The notes under the pieces: model-generated
What the model was told of the DNA's origin: nothing
The model's database searches: none
The model's input: the letters and a program-made list of their open reading frames with translations, nothing else
Origin: Hydrolagus colliei
Taxonomy: Eukaryota
DNA length: 64,000 nt
Direction of reading: 5' to 3'
NCBI GenBank assembly: GCA_035084275.1
Contig: CM068750.1
Coordinates: forward strand, 9,238,001 to 9,302,000
Shown here: in pieces, positions 63,856 to 64,000 of the stretch
How the letters are laid out: every line of letters begins with the position of its first letter
Position numbering within the stretch: the stretch's first letter is position 1
Position numbers and translations under genes: made by a program

Positions 63856-64000
63856 CTACAAGACAAATAAATGATAAATTTTAGTAGAAATTTCTCAAAA
63901 TGTTTCATTTAGAGGGAACGATATCTAGATTTCACCGGCAATTTTCATTTATGGTTGGGTAACAAAATACATTTTCATGATTGAATAACTAATGCCATAA

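Noticed and set aside
1-64000. Recurrent ~40-bp motif gtgaaaggcgctat..aaatg.aa as a possible array or CRISPR-like repeat
   Set aside because: Dispersed, variably oriented L2/SINE 3' tails in a eukaryotic genome; no regular spacing and no cas genes.

Overview
Vertebrate genomic DNA, most likely a cartilaginous fish and probably a holocephalan such as Callorhinchus, inferred from abundant tRNA-head/Deu-domain/L2-tail SINEs and from protein divergence. It covers the FMN1-GREM1-ARHGAP11A locus. The last three coding exons of formin-1 are on the + strand (8369-8518, 26227-26308, 26778-26822). Gremlin-1 is on the - strand: a single coding exon at 34178-34696 and a candidate non-coding exon 1 and promoter at about 44862-45090. 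The last three coding exons of ARHGAP11A are on the - strand (63750-63855, 63300-63447, 61179-62833). All exons were spliced by hand with canonical GT-AG sites and consistent phases. The rest is intronic or intergenic, with SINE, L2/CR1 LINE, DNA-transposon and LTR remnants. The most notable observations are: (1) no recognisable SCG5 between GREM1 and ARHGAP11A, where it sits in mammals; (2) a Roquin/Regnase-type YRY-triloop hairpin overlapping a miR-23 site in the GREM1 3'UTR; (3) a TSD-flanked antisense solo LTR in the presumed FMN1 3'UTR; (4) a pre-miRNA-sized hairpin in GREM1 intron 1; (5) several motif-dense candidate Grem1 fin/limb enhancers in FMN1 introns; (6) an orphan promoter-like island about 5 kb upstream of GREM1. 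No database searches were run: comparisons to human or mouse come from recalled knowledge and need verification.
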